From Gammaproteobacteria bacterium (GTDB taxonomy: Bacteria; Pseudomonadota; Gammaproteobacteria; JABABF01): a stretch of DNA of 64,000 bases. Shown here in pieces: positions 49,967 to 59,119 of this stretch (positions are counted from its first letter, which is position 1; every line of letters starts with the position of its first letter). The stretch spans positions 992,001 through 1,056,000 of the forward strand of contig OZ250153.1 in the NCBI GenBank assembly GCA_965237805.1. The letters are read 5' to 3'. The notes under the pieces are model-generated. The model did no database searches and was not told the DNA's origin. It saw only the letters and a list, made by a program, of their open reading frames with translations. The position numbers and the translations under genes were made by a program.

Positions 49967-51066
49967 GTCGTTTTGGCCGCACGACGCTCGGCTTGGCTTG
50001 GGTCGTTGCAATCGCCGCCGCACCCGATGCCACCAGCGCAGATGGTGTTTTCCATGGTGTGGAGCTGTTGCGCTTCAAGCATAAGCAGGGCACGGCGACG
50101 CAATTGCTCGCGCAACGTGCACGGCAGTTGCCCCGAGATGATGCGTGGCGGGTGGAGCAGCTGCAACTGCGTGGTTTGGATGCCCACGGCGCGCCTTGGC
50201 AGCTGAGTGCGGCAACTGGCGAGCTGCGCTCAGGCGACGCCCTACAGCTGCGCGGTGATGTCGTGATGGAGGGTCGCGGGCCGGACGGTGCGGCGCTGCA
50301 TCTCAACGCCCCGCAGCTACTTTTGCAACTGGAGCGGCAACACGGTAGCGGGGATGGTCTGCTGGAGTTGCGCTGGGGCAATCGTCGATTGCGCGGGTAC
50401 GGCTTTGAATTCTCCCTTGCAGAGCGGTGGCTGCAGTTGTCGCAGGATACGCAGAGTTGGATCGGAGATGCAATGGCAACGCAGCATAGCGGACATGCGC
50501 TGGAGCTGCGAGCCGACTCCGCACGCTGGGAATGGCGCCCAGCTGGGCATCTGTTGCGCTACGATGGCCGTGTGCACTATGTGGATGAAGCGCTAGAATT
50601 GCATGCGAAACAACTGTCGCTCCGACATCGAGAGGATGACGCCGCGGTCGTGCAGAGCGCCGTCGCCACTGGCGATCCGGTACATTTCCGCCACACTACC
50701 ACCGAGCTCGGCAAGGTGGTGGATGGCTATGCGCGGCACATAGAATACGATCGCCAACAACAGCGCATTGTGCTGCGCGGCGGAGCGCGTCTGCAGCACG
50801 GAAAACGCTGGCTGGAGGGAGCACGCATCGACTACCACGAAGCCACCATGCATGCCGTCGCCACCGGCACCCCAGCACGCTTCCACCACATGCCGACGGG
50901 TCATGGCAAGGTAGTAGACGGCCAAGCGCGGCGCATAGAATACGATCACCGTCTGCAACGCATCGTGCTACAAGATGCCGCTCGCCTGCGGCGCGACGAA
51001 CGCTGGCTGGAGAGCGAGCGTATCGACTACCACCTGCCCACAACCACGCCGGGTGCCGCGCCATGA
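49963..51066 (+). CDS. LptC-LptA fusion protein with duplicated LptA C-terminal half
   Basis: Single ORF between kdsC and lptB. The N-half is LptC-like (PWQLSA..G, L.L.GDV, RG.G.E.SL); the C-half is LptA/OstA-like (L.ADS, Y.G.V, A.ATG.P..F, G.A..IEYD, I.L.G.A.L, G.RIDY). Start uncertain (CTG 49963 or TTG 49993). Confidence 0.75.
   Translation: MSRFGRTTLGLAWVVAIAAAPDATSADGVFHGVELLRFKHKQGTATQLLAQRARQLPRDDAWRVEQLQLRGLDAHGAPWQLSAATGELRSGDALQLRGDVVMEGRGPDGAALHLNAPQLLLQLERQHGSGDGLLELRWGNRRLRGYGFEFSLAERWLQLSQDTQSWIGDAMATQHSGHALELRADSARWEWRPAGHLLRYDGRVHYVDEALELHAKQLSLRHREDDAAVVQSAVATGDPVHFRHTTTELGKVVDGYARHIEYDRQQQRIVLRGGARLQHGKRWLEGARIDYHEATMHAVATGTPARFHHMPTGHGKVVDGQARRIEYDHRLQRIVLQDAARLRRDERWLESERIDYHLPTTTPGAAP
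50659..51033 (+). repeat. Diverged 195-bp tandem duplication (65 aa) inside the LptA-like part
   Basis: GCCGTCGCCAC at 50659 and 50854; ATCGACTACCAC ending at 50838 and 51033; GKVVDG.AR.IEYD twice. Confidence 0.9.
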
Positions 51067-51770
51067 TTTCATTGACTGCCGACGCCCTGCACAAATCCTA
51101 TGGCAGCCATACAGCGGTGCAGGGCTTGTCGCTGCAGCTGCGCGGCGGCCAAGTCTGCGGCCTGTTCGGCCCCAACGGTGCAGGCAAGACCACCGCCTTC
51201 CAAATGATGGCGGGCCTGATCACCCCGGACAAAGGGCGGGTATTGCTCAACGACCAAGACATCACCGCTTGGCCCCTGCCCCGGCGTGCGCGCCGGGGCA
51301 TCGCCTATCTGCCGCAAGACCCTTCAGTATTCCGCGGGCTGTCGGCGCGGGATAACCTCTTGGCCGTGCTCGGCAACACGCGCCACACCCGGCGGGATGC
51401 CGACGAATTGCTGGCACGCTTCGAGCTCGATGCCCACCGCGACACGATGGGTGGCCAATTGTCCGGCGGCGAGCGGCGGCGGCTGGAAATTGCCCGCGCC
51501 ATCGCCTTGGCACCTGATTTCCTGCTGTTGGACGAGCCGCTGGCGGGTATCGACCCGATTGCGGTCGAGGGCATTAAGACCTTGATCGAGCAGTTGCGCC
51601 AAGAGCGGGGCATCGGCATCCTGATCGTCGACCACAACATTCACCAAGCGCTGGCGATGTGCGACCACAGCTGGATTCTGAACCACGGTGCCGTCATCGC
51701 CGAAGGTGATACCGACACCGTGGCGCACTCGGCAATAGTGCGCAAACGGTATCTAGGGGAGGATTTCTAG
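51063..51770 (+). CDS. lptB: LPS export ABC transporter ATPase
   Basis: GPNGAGKTT, YLPQD.SVFR.LS, LSGGERRRLEIARA, LLDEP.AGIDP, YLGEDF. Confidence 0.95.
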   Translation: MISLTADALHKSYGSHTAVQGLSLQLRGGQVCGLFGPNGAGKTTAFQMMAGLITPDKGRVLLNDQDITAWPLPRRARRGIAYLPQDPSVFRGLSARDNLLAVLGNTRHTRRDADELLARFELDAHRDTMGGQLSGGERRRLEIARAIALAPDFLLLDEPLAGIDPIAVEGIKTLIEQLRQERGIGILIVDHNIHQALAMCDHSWILNHGAVIAEGDTDTVAHSAIVRKRYLGEDF

Positions 51771-51839
51771 GGTGTCGCTTTGCCGAATGGGGCGCGCAAG
51801 CACCGGCACCATACAGCGGTTTGACCTCGCCTCGACAAC

Positions 51840-52721
51840 ATGAACGCAGAGACCGAGCCACAACTGATCATCATCAGCGGGCGCTCCGGCTCAGGCAAGA
51901 GCGTCGCCCTGCGGGTCTTGGAAGATGCAGGCTACTACTGTGTGGACAACCTACCCGCCAGCCTGCTCGACGCGCTGATCCACGCCACACTCGGCGACAG
52001 CAGCTCGCCACATCACAAAGTCGCCGTGTCGATCGATGCGCGCAATGTTGGTGAGGACACCCGCGCCATTGTCAAGCAGATCCAACACCAAAAGAAACGT
52101 TTCGCGAATATAGCGATCTATTATTTGGATGCGGCCAACGATATCTTGGTGCGACGTTTCAAAGAAACCCGTCGGCGCCATCCGCTGAGCTCGACGCGCA
52201 TCAGTCTCAAGCAGGCCATCGAATGGGAAGACTCGTTATTGGAGTCGCTGCGCGAAAATGCGTCGCTACTCATTGATACCAGCACGACCAACCTACCCGA
52301 ATTCCGCCAATCCATCATAGATCGCATTGTCAAGCAAGACGGCTTTAGCGAAATCGCCCTACGGCTGATTTCCTTTGGCTATAAAAAAGGTCTGCCGATA
52401 GATGCCGACATGGTGTTCGATGTGCGTTGCCTGCCCAACCCCTACTGGCGCGAGGCGCTACGCGAGCTCGATGGATGCGACCGCGCCGTGCAGGCTTATT
52501 TGAGCAAGAACCGTGATGTTATCAAAATGCGCAAAGGGATCGAGAGTTTCATCAGCGACTGGATCCCCGCCTTCCAGCGCGAGCATCGGCATTACCTATC
52601 CATCGCCATTGGCTGCACCGGCGGGCAGCACCGCTCGGTGTATCTGTGCGAGGCACTGGCCAAGCAATTCCGGCGTCAATTGGGCAATGTCAGCGTCCAA
52701 CACCGAGAATTGATGGGCTGA
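51840..52721 (+). CDS. rapZ: RNase adapter RapZ
   Basis: SGRSGSGKS, VDNLP, ETRRRHPL, SFGYKKG, DVRCLPNPYW, GCTGGQHRSV. Confidence 0.96.
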   Translation: MNAETEPQLIIISGRSGSGKSVALRVLEDAGYYCVDNLPASLLDALIHATLGDSSSPHHKVAVSIDARNVGEDTRAIVKQIQHQKKRFANIAIYYLDAANDILVRRFKETRRRHPLSSTRISLKQAIEWEDSLLESLRENASLLIDTSTTNLPEFRQSIIDRIVKQDGFSEIALRLISFGYKKGLPIDADMVFDVRCLPNPYWREALRELDGCDRAVQAYLSKNRDVIKMRKGIESFISDWIPAFQREHRHYLSIAIGCTGGQHRSVYLCEALAKQFRRQLGNVSVQHRELMG

Positions 52722-52792
52722 TCGCGGCCAGTCAGTGTGCGCATTTGTGTATACTATGCAAAGCTGGCGGCACGAAATACGGCATTTTAGCG

Positions 52793-54169
52793 ATGGCTAA
52801 AGCGTTATCTCAAAAGTCCGGCTCGAAGAAAAAATCGCTCGAACTCCTTGCCAGCGCATTGGGCGAGCGTACCGAAACTATAGAAAAAGTGCGGGATTTG
52901 CTGCGTGGCTTGGTGCCACATCGCACCGCACAACTATTGGAAACACTCCCGCAAGCTAGCCGGCTCGTCGCTTGGGAGGTGCTGCCGCTGCACCGGCAAA
53001 CCGAGGTGCTCCAATTCCTGCGCCAAGATATGCGCGACCAATTCCTGCGCAACGCCAAAGTCGAAGACCGCGCCACCCTGTTTGCCAACATCCCCCAGCG
53101 CGAGCTGGCCGAGGTGATACGCAAGATGCCGCAAAAATTGGTGCCGGAGGTGTTGGACACGCTCGACGAGCAGGAAAAAGATCGCATCAAACGCGTGTTG
53201 TCCTTCGACGAGCAGCAAGCGGGCTCCCTGATGCGCACCGATGCGGTCACCGTGCGCAAAACCTTGAGCATGGAGGTGGTGGTGAAGTTCCTGCGCCGCC
53301 ACGCGGCTCTCCCAGAGAGCTTCGAGTATCTCTTCGTCGTCGATCGCACAGGGCTGTTGCTCGGCATGCTGCCTTTGCCGGAAGTGTTGCGGAGCACCCC
53401 CGATGAGACCGTCGAGCAGCGGATGACGCCAGCGGCAGATATCTTTCCCATCCTCGGCGACTCACTGGCCGATGAAGCCGCCCAACTGTTCCAGCGTCAT
53501 GAGTTGAAAGCCGCGCCAATCGTCGACGAGCAGGGAATCTTCGTCGGCTACCTGAGCTCCGACGATGTCAGAAACTATGCGCGCGACAACGCCGACCAGA
53601 TGATGCGACGCCGTGGCGGCATCAGCGATGATGAAGCCGATACCTTTGCCCCGGTGTTGATGGCAGCACCGAACCGCATTATTTGGCTGTGCATCAACTT
53701 GGCGACGGCGATCATCGCCTCGGCGACGATCCGAGTGTTCGAGGACACCTTGGCAAAAGTAGTCGCTCTCGCCATCTTGATGCCGATCGTCTCAAGCATG
53801 GGCGGCATCGCTGGCACCCAAACCCTGACGGTGATGATTCGTGGCCTCGCTCTCGGCAATATCGCCCAACACAACACCCTATGGCTGATCAATCGCGAAC
53901 TGTTGCTGAGCGCGCTCAATGGTTTCGCTTTGGCCAGCTTGGTGGCGATCGGCGCGGCATGGTGGTTCGATGACCCCCTGCTCGGCCTGATCATTTCCTC
54001 CGCCCTGTTGATCAACCTGATGACAGCTGGTCTCGCCGGAGCCTACCTACCGCTGATGTTGAAAAAAATGCGCATCGATCCTGCCGTCGCCAGCGGGGTG
54101 ATCTTGACGACTATCACCGATGTGGTCGGCTTCGCATCCTTTCTCGGCTTGGCCACCATCGCCTACTGA
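52793..54169 (+). CDS. mgtE: Magnesium transporter MgtE
   Basis: AGSLM plus CBS pair, MPIVSSMGGIAGTQ, IDPAVASG, TTITDVVG. Confidence 0.95.
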   Translation: MAKALSQKSGSKKKSLELLASALGERTETIEKVRDLLRGLVPHRTAQLLETLPQASRLVAWEVLPLHRQTEVLQFLRQDMRDQFLRNAKVEDRATLFANIPQRELAEVIRKMPQKLVPEVLDTLDEQEKDRIKRVLSFDEQQAGSLMRTDAVTVRKTLSMEVVVKFLRRHAALPESFEYLFVVDRTGLLLGMLPLPEVLRSTPDETVEQRMTPAADIFPILGDSLADEAAQLFQRHELKAAPIVDEQGIFVGYLSSDDVRNYARDNADQMMRRRGGISDDEADTFAPVLMAAPNRIIWLCINLATAIIASATIRVFEDTLAKVVALAILMPIVSSMGGIAGTQTLTVMIRGLALGNIAQHNTLWLINRELLLSALNGFALASLVAIGAAWWFDDPLLGLIISSALLINLMTAGLAGAYLPLMLKKMRIDPAVASGVILTTITDVVGFASFLGLATIAY

Positions 54170-54219
54170 AGGCAGCTGCCACTGGCAGAGGATGCGGCTC
54201 ACTTTGGGTGCCGCTCGAC

Positions 54220-57132
54220 TCAGGGCTCTGTCAGCTCGGCATCCGCAGCTTGCTCGGATAACACAGCGGCCGTCTCTGCGGGCGGTGGCTCAGCCTGTCG
54301 CTTGCCCAATTCCAAGTCTGCCCACGGCCCCTTGATGGTATAGACAACATGTGCCAAGCGGTTCACCCCAGAGCCGACAATTTTGCTTGCCAGCCAAGTG
54401 CCAGCAAAAAGCAACGGCACACTACCGACAGCAATCAGCGCCATCAACGGTAGATTGTCGGCCAAATACAGCGTCACATCCAGCTCGCCATCGACAGTCC
54501 CCGCAACCAAGTCAGCCTCGCCACGCAACACAAACTTTCCCTCATTGGCACCGACTGTGGTGCCGTAATCGGGGTCGAAGTGCAAGCGGCCATCCGCCAT
54601 AAAGGCGCGTGCCTGCACTTCCTGGAAGCGCAGGCCATGGCTCTCCAGAGAGCGCAGGCTCGGCAACACGCCACGCAAGATATTGCTGAAGCTGAGCAAG
54701 CCGATCACCTTGAGTATTCCCGGTCGCTCGACATCGGGGAACTCGCCCCGCCCCAGCTCGAAGCGTATGTCGCCGCGCAATGTTTGCAAATCGAAGTCGG
54801 CCAGCTCCCCGGGCCAAGAGAGTGTGGCGAGCAAATGCCCGTCTTTGCCTGTCACGACTGGAGCCACGCCCAGCTGTGTGAACAACTCGCCCATATCCGG
54901 TATTTCCAAGCCGCCTTCAAACAGCGTTGTCCAGCCATCTTCGTCCAGCCATTGCACCATCTTGGCACCGGTGCCGTCTGCGGCACTGCTGCGTAGGGTG
55001 ATCCCCGCTTTGTCCGCGTACATGTTTTCTACCAGCATCCGGCGCACACCCGCATAGACATCGAAACGCCAAACACCGAGATCGTACTTGCCCATGTGAA
55101 ATGAATCGACCGTGACTGGCACCCACACCGTATCGGTAGATTCCGGCAGACGGCTGGGTCGGAAGGTCCTCATCGCAGTGGTGGTCACCGACGGCAGTGT
55201 TGACTGCGCTATCGCCAACAAATTGGGCAGGCGGACGAATTCACAATGGCCGTATACCTGCGCATCGCCATAGCGCTGCGAGAAAACCGCACGGGCATAA
55301 GGAGCCTCTATGCTGAGGGTCCAGCTGCTCTCCGTCGTGCGCAACACGCCGAGCCCACTAGGCATCGGGGCTCGGAATATCTCGGCCGCGTCATAGTTCA
55401 TTGTCACTGCGCCTAACACCCCATCGAAATCGATAACCCCCGATATGTTGTCGAAGATCAGCCCGCGGATGATCATCAGATCCCAATTGTCGTAATGCCC
55501 CGTGACCCGGATGCGATTGGACACATCCAAGATATCCCCCGGTTTGTCCAGCGCCATGTCCACAGACAGTTCGCGCAATACACCTGCGCTGGTGCCCGTG
55601 GCAAACCACTCTGGCATCACTTCGTCAAAGGCCGCGATGGGCATATGGTTTATCAATTCGATGAACTCCAGCTCGCGAATATTTGCTTGGCCTGATACGC
55701 TGTCCAATTCGCCGGTGTTCGACAGCCGCAATTGGAGATTGCTCACCGTGGCGACGCCGTCGCCCTGCGACATGTGCAGCTGGGCCGAAGGGATTTCAAC
55801 CACCGCCGCATCCTCATAGAAATTGATGTGCACTTTGGCATCAAACTCACGATAAGGCAGCACGGTGCCGTAGACCGCAGGCACCCAAAGTGCCAGCTGC
55901 ATCCCCTCCAGCGACCTCCCTGCCAGCTGCGACCCTTCCAGCTGCAACCCCTCCAGCTGCGACCCCTCCAGCTGAGCCCGGATCAAGCCCGGCACGGCCA
56001 ACAGCTCGCCGGACACACCGGCAAAGCCCGGCACACCAGCGATCAAGGGGACGGCTTGCAGCCCCTTGAAGCGCATGGAGATTTCCGGCAGCAACGGTTT
56101 ACCCGGTCGGCTGCGGCTCAGCGACAGCCGCAGTTTGCTCACCGTGCCGCCAATCTGCAGTTGCTTCAGTGCAGACCAGCCCAAGGCCTCCGCCATACCG
56201 GAGTCGGACAAAGAGGCGGCCAAAGTGCCGAGATCCAAATTGTCTATGTACATGCTGTAGAGATCGGCATTAGGCCATGCGACCGGGATATCCGGCACCC
56301 GCACCGAACGCCCCAAGTAGTCAAAACGCAGCGCACGCAGACTACCGCGCCAAGTGTCCCGCCCCGAGCTGAAGCCATCGACAGTACCCTCCACCGCGCT
56401 GGCCGCCATCTCGGCTTCGCCCGAACGCAACGTCAGTTGCGGGCTGTTAAAAGCGGCGGCCCGCGTGGTGATGCGGTGCCAGAAGGGGCCCGCCCGCCCG
56501 CTGCGTAGATAGACATGCAAAGCGGGGGCATGTAAAGAGGGCGCAGCATCACCACTACCAAACTGCATTGCGATGCTGCCACGCAAGGAGCTGTGCCAAG
56601 ACAAAGGCCCCAATGGTGCGTTTAATGCCTGCTCGATCGAAATGCGCAGCTGCGCACCGCCCTCCTGCTCGACATGCAGGCGGCAGTCCCGCAGCTCGTG
56701 GTTGGTAATATGCAACCGTCGTAGCAGCTCCCCAACACCCCATGCGGACTGCTTGCTCGCAGCGGACGCGCTCGGTGCCAGAGCTAAGTTCAGCTGGCAA
56801 CCACGCACCACCACGTGGCTCAGCGATAGGCTCCGCGTCCACAAACTGCGCAACAAATTCACTCGCAGCTCGATATATGCGCTGCTAAAAATCCCACTGG
56901 GAGCGGTGATATGGAGATTGCGCAATACAATGCGTGGGTGCCATTGAAAGCCGTCTGTTTCCACTTCGGCAGCGAGGGAAGCTCCGGCGTGTACGCGTGC
57001 GGCTGCGACCAATTCATCCCATCCATCCTCAAGACTGTGGACGTAGACTCGAGCCAAGTTGACCGCTACCGCCCCCAAAGCCAGCACCAGCACTAGGCTG
57101 ATCAGAGCTAGGCGTAATGAAAATTTGAACAT
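54220..57132 (-). CDS. yhdP: YhdP/AsmA-like intermembrane phospholipid bridge protein (~970 aa, short)
   Basis: N-terminal TM helix, WHPRIVL, LLRSL, PGFAGVSG, LSWPG, G.DL...T.D, YTIKGPW.D (AsmA_2-like end); expected locus; GTG at 57156 is an alternative start. Confidence 0.8.
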   Translation of the reverse strand: MFKFSLRLALISLVLVLALGAVAVNLARVYVHSLEDGWDELVAAARVHAGASLAAEVETDGFQWHPRIVLRNLHITAPSGIFSSAYIELRVNLLRSLWTRSLSLSHVVVRGCQLNLALAPSASAASKQSAWGVGELLRRLHITNHELRDCRLHVEQEGGAQLRISIEQALNAPLGPLSWHSSLRGSIAMQFGSGDAAPSLHAPALHVYLRSGRAGPFWHRITTRAAAFNSPQLTLRSGEAEMAASAVEGTVDGFSSGRDTWRGSLRALRFDYLGRSVRVPDIPVAWPNADLYSMYIDNLDLGTLAASLSDSGMAEALGWSALKQLQIGGTVSKLRLSLSRSRPGKPLLPEISMRFKGLQAVPLIAGVPGFAGVSGELLAVPGLIRAQLEGSQLEGLQLEGSQLAGRSLEGMQLALWVPAVYGTVLPYREFDAKVHINFYEDAAVVEIPSAQLHMSQGDGVATVSNLQLRLSNTGELDSVSGQANIRELEFIELINHMPIAAFDEVMPEWFATGTSAGVLRELSVDMALDKPGDILDVSNRIRVTGHYDNWDLMIIRGLIFDNISGVIDFDGVLGAVTMNYDAAEIFRAPMPSGLGVLRTTESSWTLSIEAPYARAVFSQRYGDAQVYGHCEFVRLPNLLAIAQSTLPSVTTTAMRTFRPSRLPESTDTVWVPVTVDSFHMGKYDLGVWRFDVYAGVRRMLVENMYADKAGITLRSSAADGTGAKMVQWLDEDGWTTLFEGGLEIPDMGELFTQLGVAPVVTGKDGHLLATLSWPGELADFDLQTLRGDIRFELGRGEFPDVERPGILKVIGLLSFSNILRGVLPSLRSLESHGLRFQEVQARAFMADGRLHFDPDYGTTVGANEGKFVLRGEADLVAGTVDGELDVTLYLADNLPLMALIAVGSVPLLFAGTWLASKIVGSGVNRLAHVVYTIKGPWADLELGKRQAEPPPAETAAVLSEQAADAELTEP
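55891..55974. repeat. About six imperfect 15-bp tandem units encoding QLEGS-QLEGL-QLEGS-QLAGR-SLEGM-QLA
   Basis: (C/T)(T/G)CCAGC-starting units at 55891, 55906, 55921, 55936, 55951 and 55966. Confidence 0.85.
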
Positions 57133-57342
57133 GGTGCTCCACAGCTGCTTAAACACCCTGAGAACAAATGTCGGATCGGGCCAATCCACCGCTCGACACA
57201 CCGCAATGCGAACAAAATATGGCTTGCGCCAAAGCACGTCGGGCTCGGCTGGCTATTTTACAATAGACGCTGATTGCATCGCATATACTTTAGTCAGAAA
57301 ACGCAATGTCTCAGCAACCATATCAGGGCAATCACGCCGATC

Positions 57343-57651
57343 ATGTCCCAAGGTGACGCATTGCCTCCCGATGAGTTGGATCGGCTCCAACAATTTGCCC
57401 GCCTCCGGTTGGAGGAACGTGACGTGGCGATCTTGCGCAACGACATCGCCGCCATCTTGCGCATGGTAGATCAGATGCGCGATGTCGATACCGACGGCGT
57501 GGAGCCGCTGACTCATCCATTGGAATTGCACCAACGCCTGCGCGACGACCACAGCCAATCGCTTGATCCCGGACAGGCTGAAGCGGAGCGACGGCAAAAT
57601 ACTTCGGCGTTGCGTCAAGGCTTCTACTTGGTGCCCCGAGTCGTGAGCTGA
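57343..57651 (+). CDS. gatC: Asp/Glu-tRNA amidotransferase subunit C
   Basis: FARL, DTDGVEPLTHP, LRDD, YLVPRV; upstream of gatA. Confidence 0.92.
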   Translation: MSQGDALPPDELDRLQQFARLRLEERDVAILRNDIAAILRMVDQMRDVDTDGVEPLTHPLELHQRLRDDHSQSLDPGQAEAERRQNTSALRQGFYLVPRVVS

Positions 57652-57664
57652 GCGGCATTGCGCC

Positions 57665-59119
57665 GTGGCCGCAACTGAGACCGCCACCCAGCTGCTTGCA
57701 GGGTTGTGCGACAAGACCTTCAGTAGCGAAGAGCTGACCCGGTACTATCTGGATCGGATCAAGGATCGCGCCGCTCGCTACAACTGCTTCATCACGCTCA
57801 ATACCGAGGCCGCAATGACACGGGCCAAGGCGATGGACCGCGCTCGCGCAGTTGGTCGGGGCGGTGCGCTGTGCGGGCTGCCGCTGGCGCACAAAGACAT
57901 CTTCTGCACCAAGGGCTTGCGCACCAGCTGCGGTTCACGCATGTTGGCGGATTTCGTGCCGCCTTACGATGCCACCGTGGTGCGCCGACTCGATGCAGCC
58001 GGTGCCGTCATGCTGGGCAAGACCAATATGGATGAGTTCGCCATGGGATCGTCCAACGAGACCAGCCACTTTGGTCCTGTGCGCAACCCTTGGGATGTAG
58101 AGCGTGTACCCGGCGGCTCTTCTGGCGGCTCAGCCGCCGCCGTCGCTGCCGGGCTCACACCGGCCGCCACTGGCACCGATACCGGCGGCTCCATACGCCA
58201 ACCGGCAGCGCTGTGTGGCATCACCGGCTTCAAGCCCAGCTATGGTCGCGTCTCGCGTTATGGCATGGTGGCTTTTGCTTCTAGCTTGGATCAGGCCGGG
58301 CCGCTGAGCCGCAGCGCCGAGGATGCCGCGCTACTGTTCAGCACCATGGCAGGCTTTGATCCCATGGATTCGACCAGCATCAATGCGGCGGTCCCCACGC
58401 CGAGCGAGCTGCTCGATAGCGCGGGTACCGCGCCGCGCATCGGCTTCATCCGCGAGCAGTTGGAAGAGGATCAGCTGCACCCCGCCGCAGCGCAGGCGGT
58501 ACGCGAAGCCATGGCGCTACTGGCTGGTGACAACGGGGGGCAAACGCTCAGCCTGCCACACGCCAATCTCGGCATCGCCGCCTACTATGTCATCGCCTCG
58601 GCCGAGTGCTGTAGCAACCTCGCCCGCTACGACGGTGTGCGCTACGGCCACCGCAGCACCTCGGCACAGGACAGCATCATGTTGACAGAGCGCAGCCGCA
58701 CCGAGGGATTCGGACTCGAGGTCAAGCGCCGCATTCTGTCGGGCAACTATGTGTTGTCTCAGGGTTACTACGAGGCCTATTACCGCAAGGCGCAGAAATT
58801 GCGCCGCCTGATCCAGCAAGATTTTCAGCGCGCTTTCGAAACGGTCGATCTGCTGATCGGGCCGACGGCTCCCGGCCCCGCTTTCCGCCTCGGGGAGCAG
58901 GTCGACCCCCTGAGCATGTACCGCCAAGACCTCTACACCATCCCGGCCAGCCTCGCCGGACTACCCGCCGTATCGGTGCCAGCTGGCTTCGCCGACGGCC
59001 AGCCGCTAGGCCTGCAAATCATCGGCCCCTACCTAGGCGAGGCGCAAGTGTTGGCGGCCGCACACCGCTTTCAGCAGCGTAGCAATTGGCATCTGCAATC
59101 ACCGGCTGCGGCGGCATGA
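57665..59119 (+). CDS. gatA: Asp/Glu-tRNA amidotransferase subunit A
   Basis: KDIF, GKTNMDEFAMGSS, PGGSSGGSA, GTDTGGSIRQPA, SNLARYDGVRYG. Confidence 0.97.
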   Translation: MAATETATQLLAGLCDKTFSSEELTRYYLDRIKDRAARYNCFITLNTEAAMTRAKAMDRARAVGRGGALCGLPLAHKDIFCTKGLRTSCGSRMLADFVPPYDATVVRRLDAAGAVMLGKTNMDEFAMGSSNETSHFGPVRNPWDVERVPGGSSGGSAAAVAAGLTPAATGTDTGGSIRQPAALCGITGFKPSYGRVSRYGMVAFASSLDQAGPLSRSAEDAALLFSTMAGFDPMDSTSINAAVPTPSELLDSAGTAPRIGFIREQLEEDQLHPAAAQAVREAMALLAGDNGGQTLSLPHANLGIAAYYVIASAECCSNLARYDGVRYGHRSTSAQDSIMLTERSRTEGFGLEVKRRILSGNYVLSQGYYEAYYRKAQKLRRLIQQDFQRAFETVDLLIGPTAPGPAFRLGEQVDPLSMYRQDLYTIPASLAGLPAVSVPAGFADGQPLGLQIIGPYLGEAQVLAAAHRFQQRSNWHLQSPAAAA

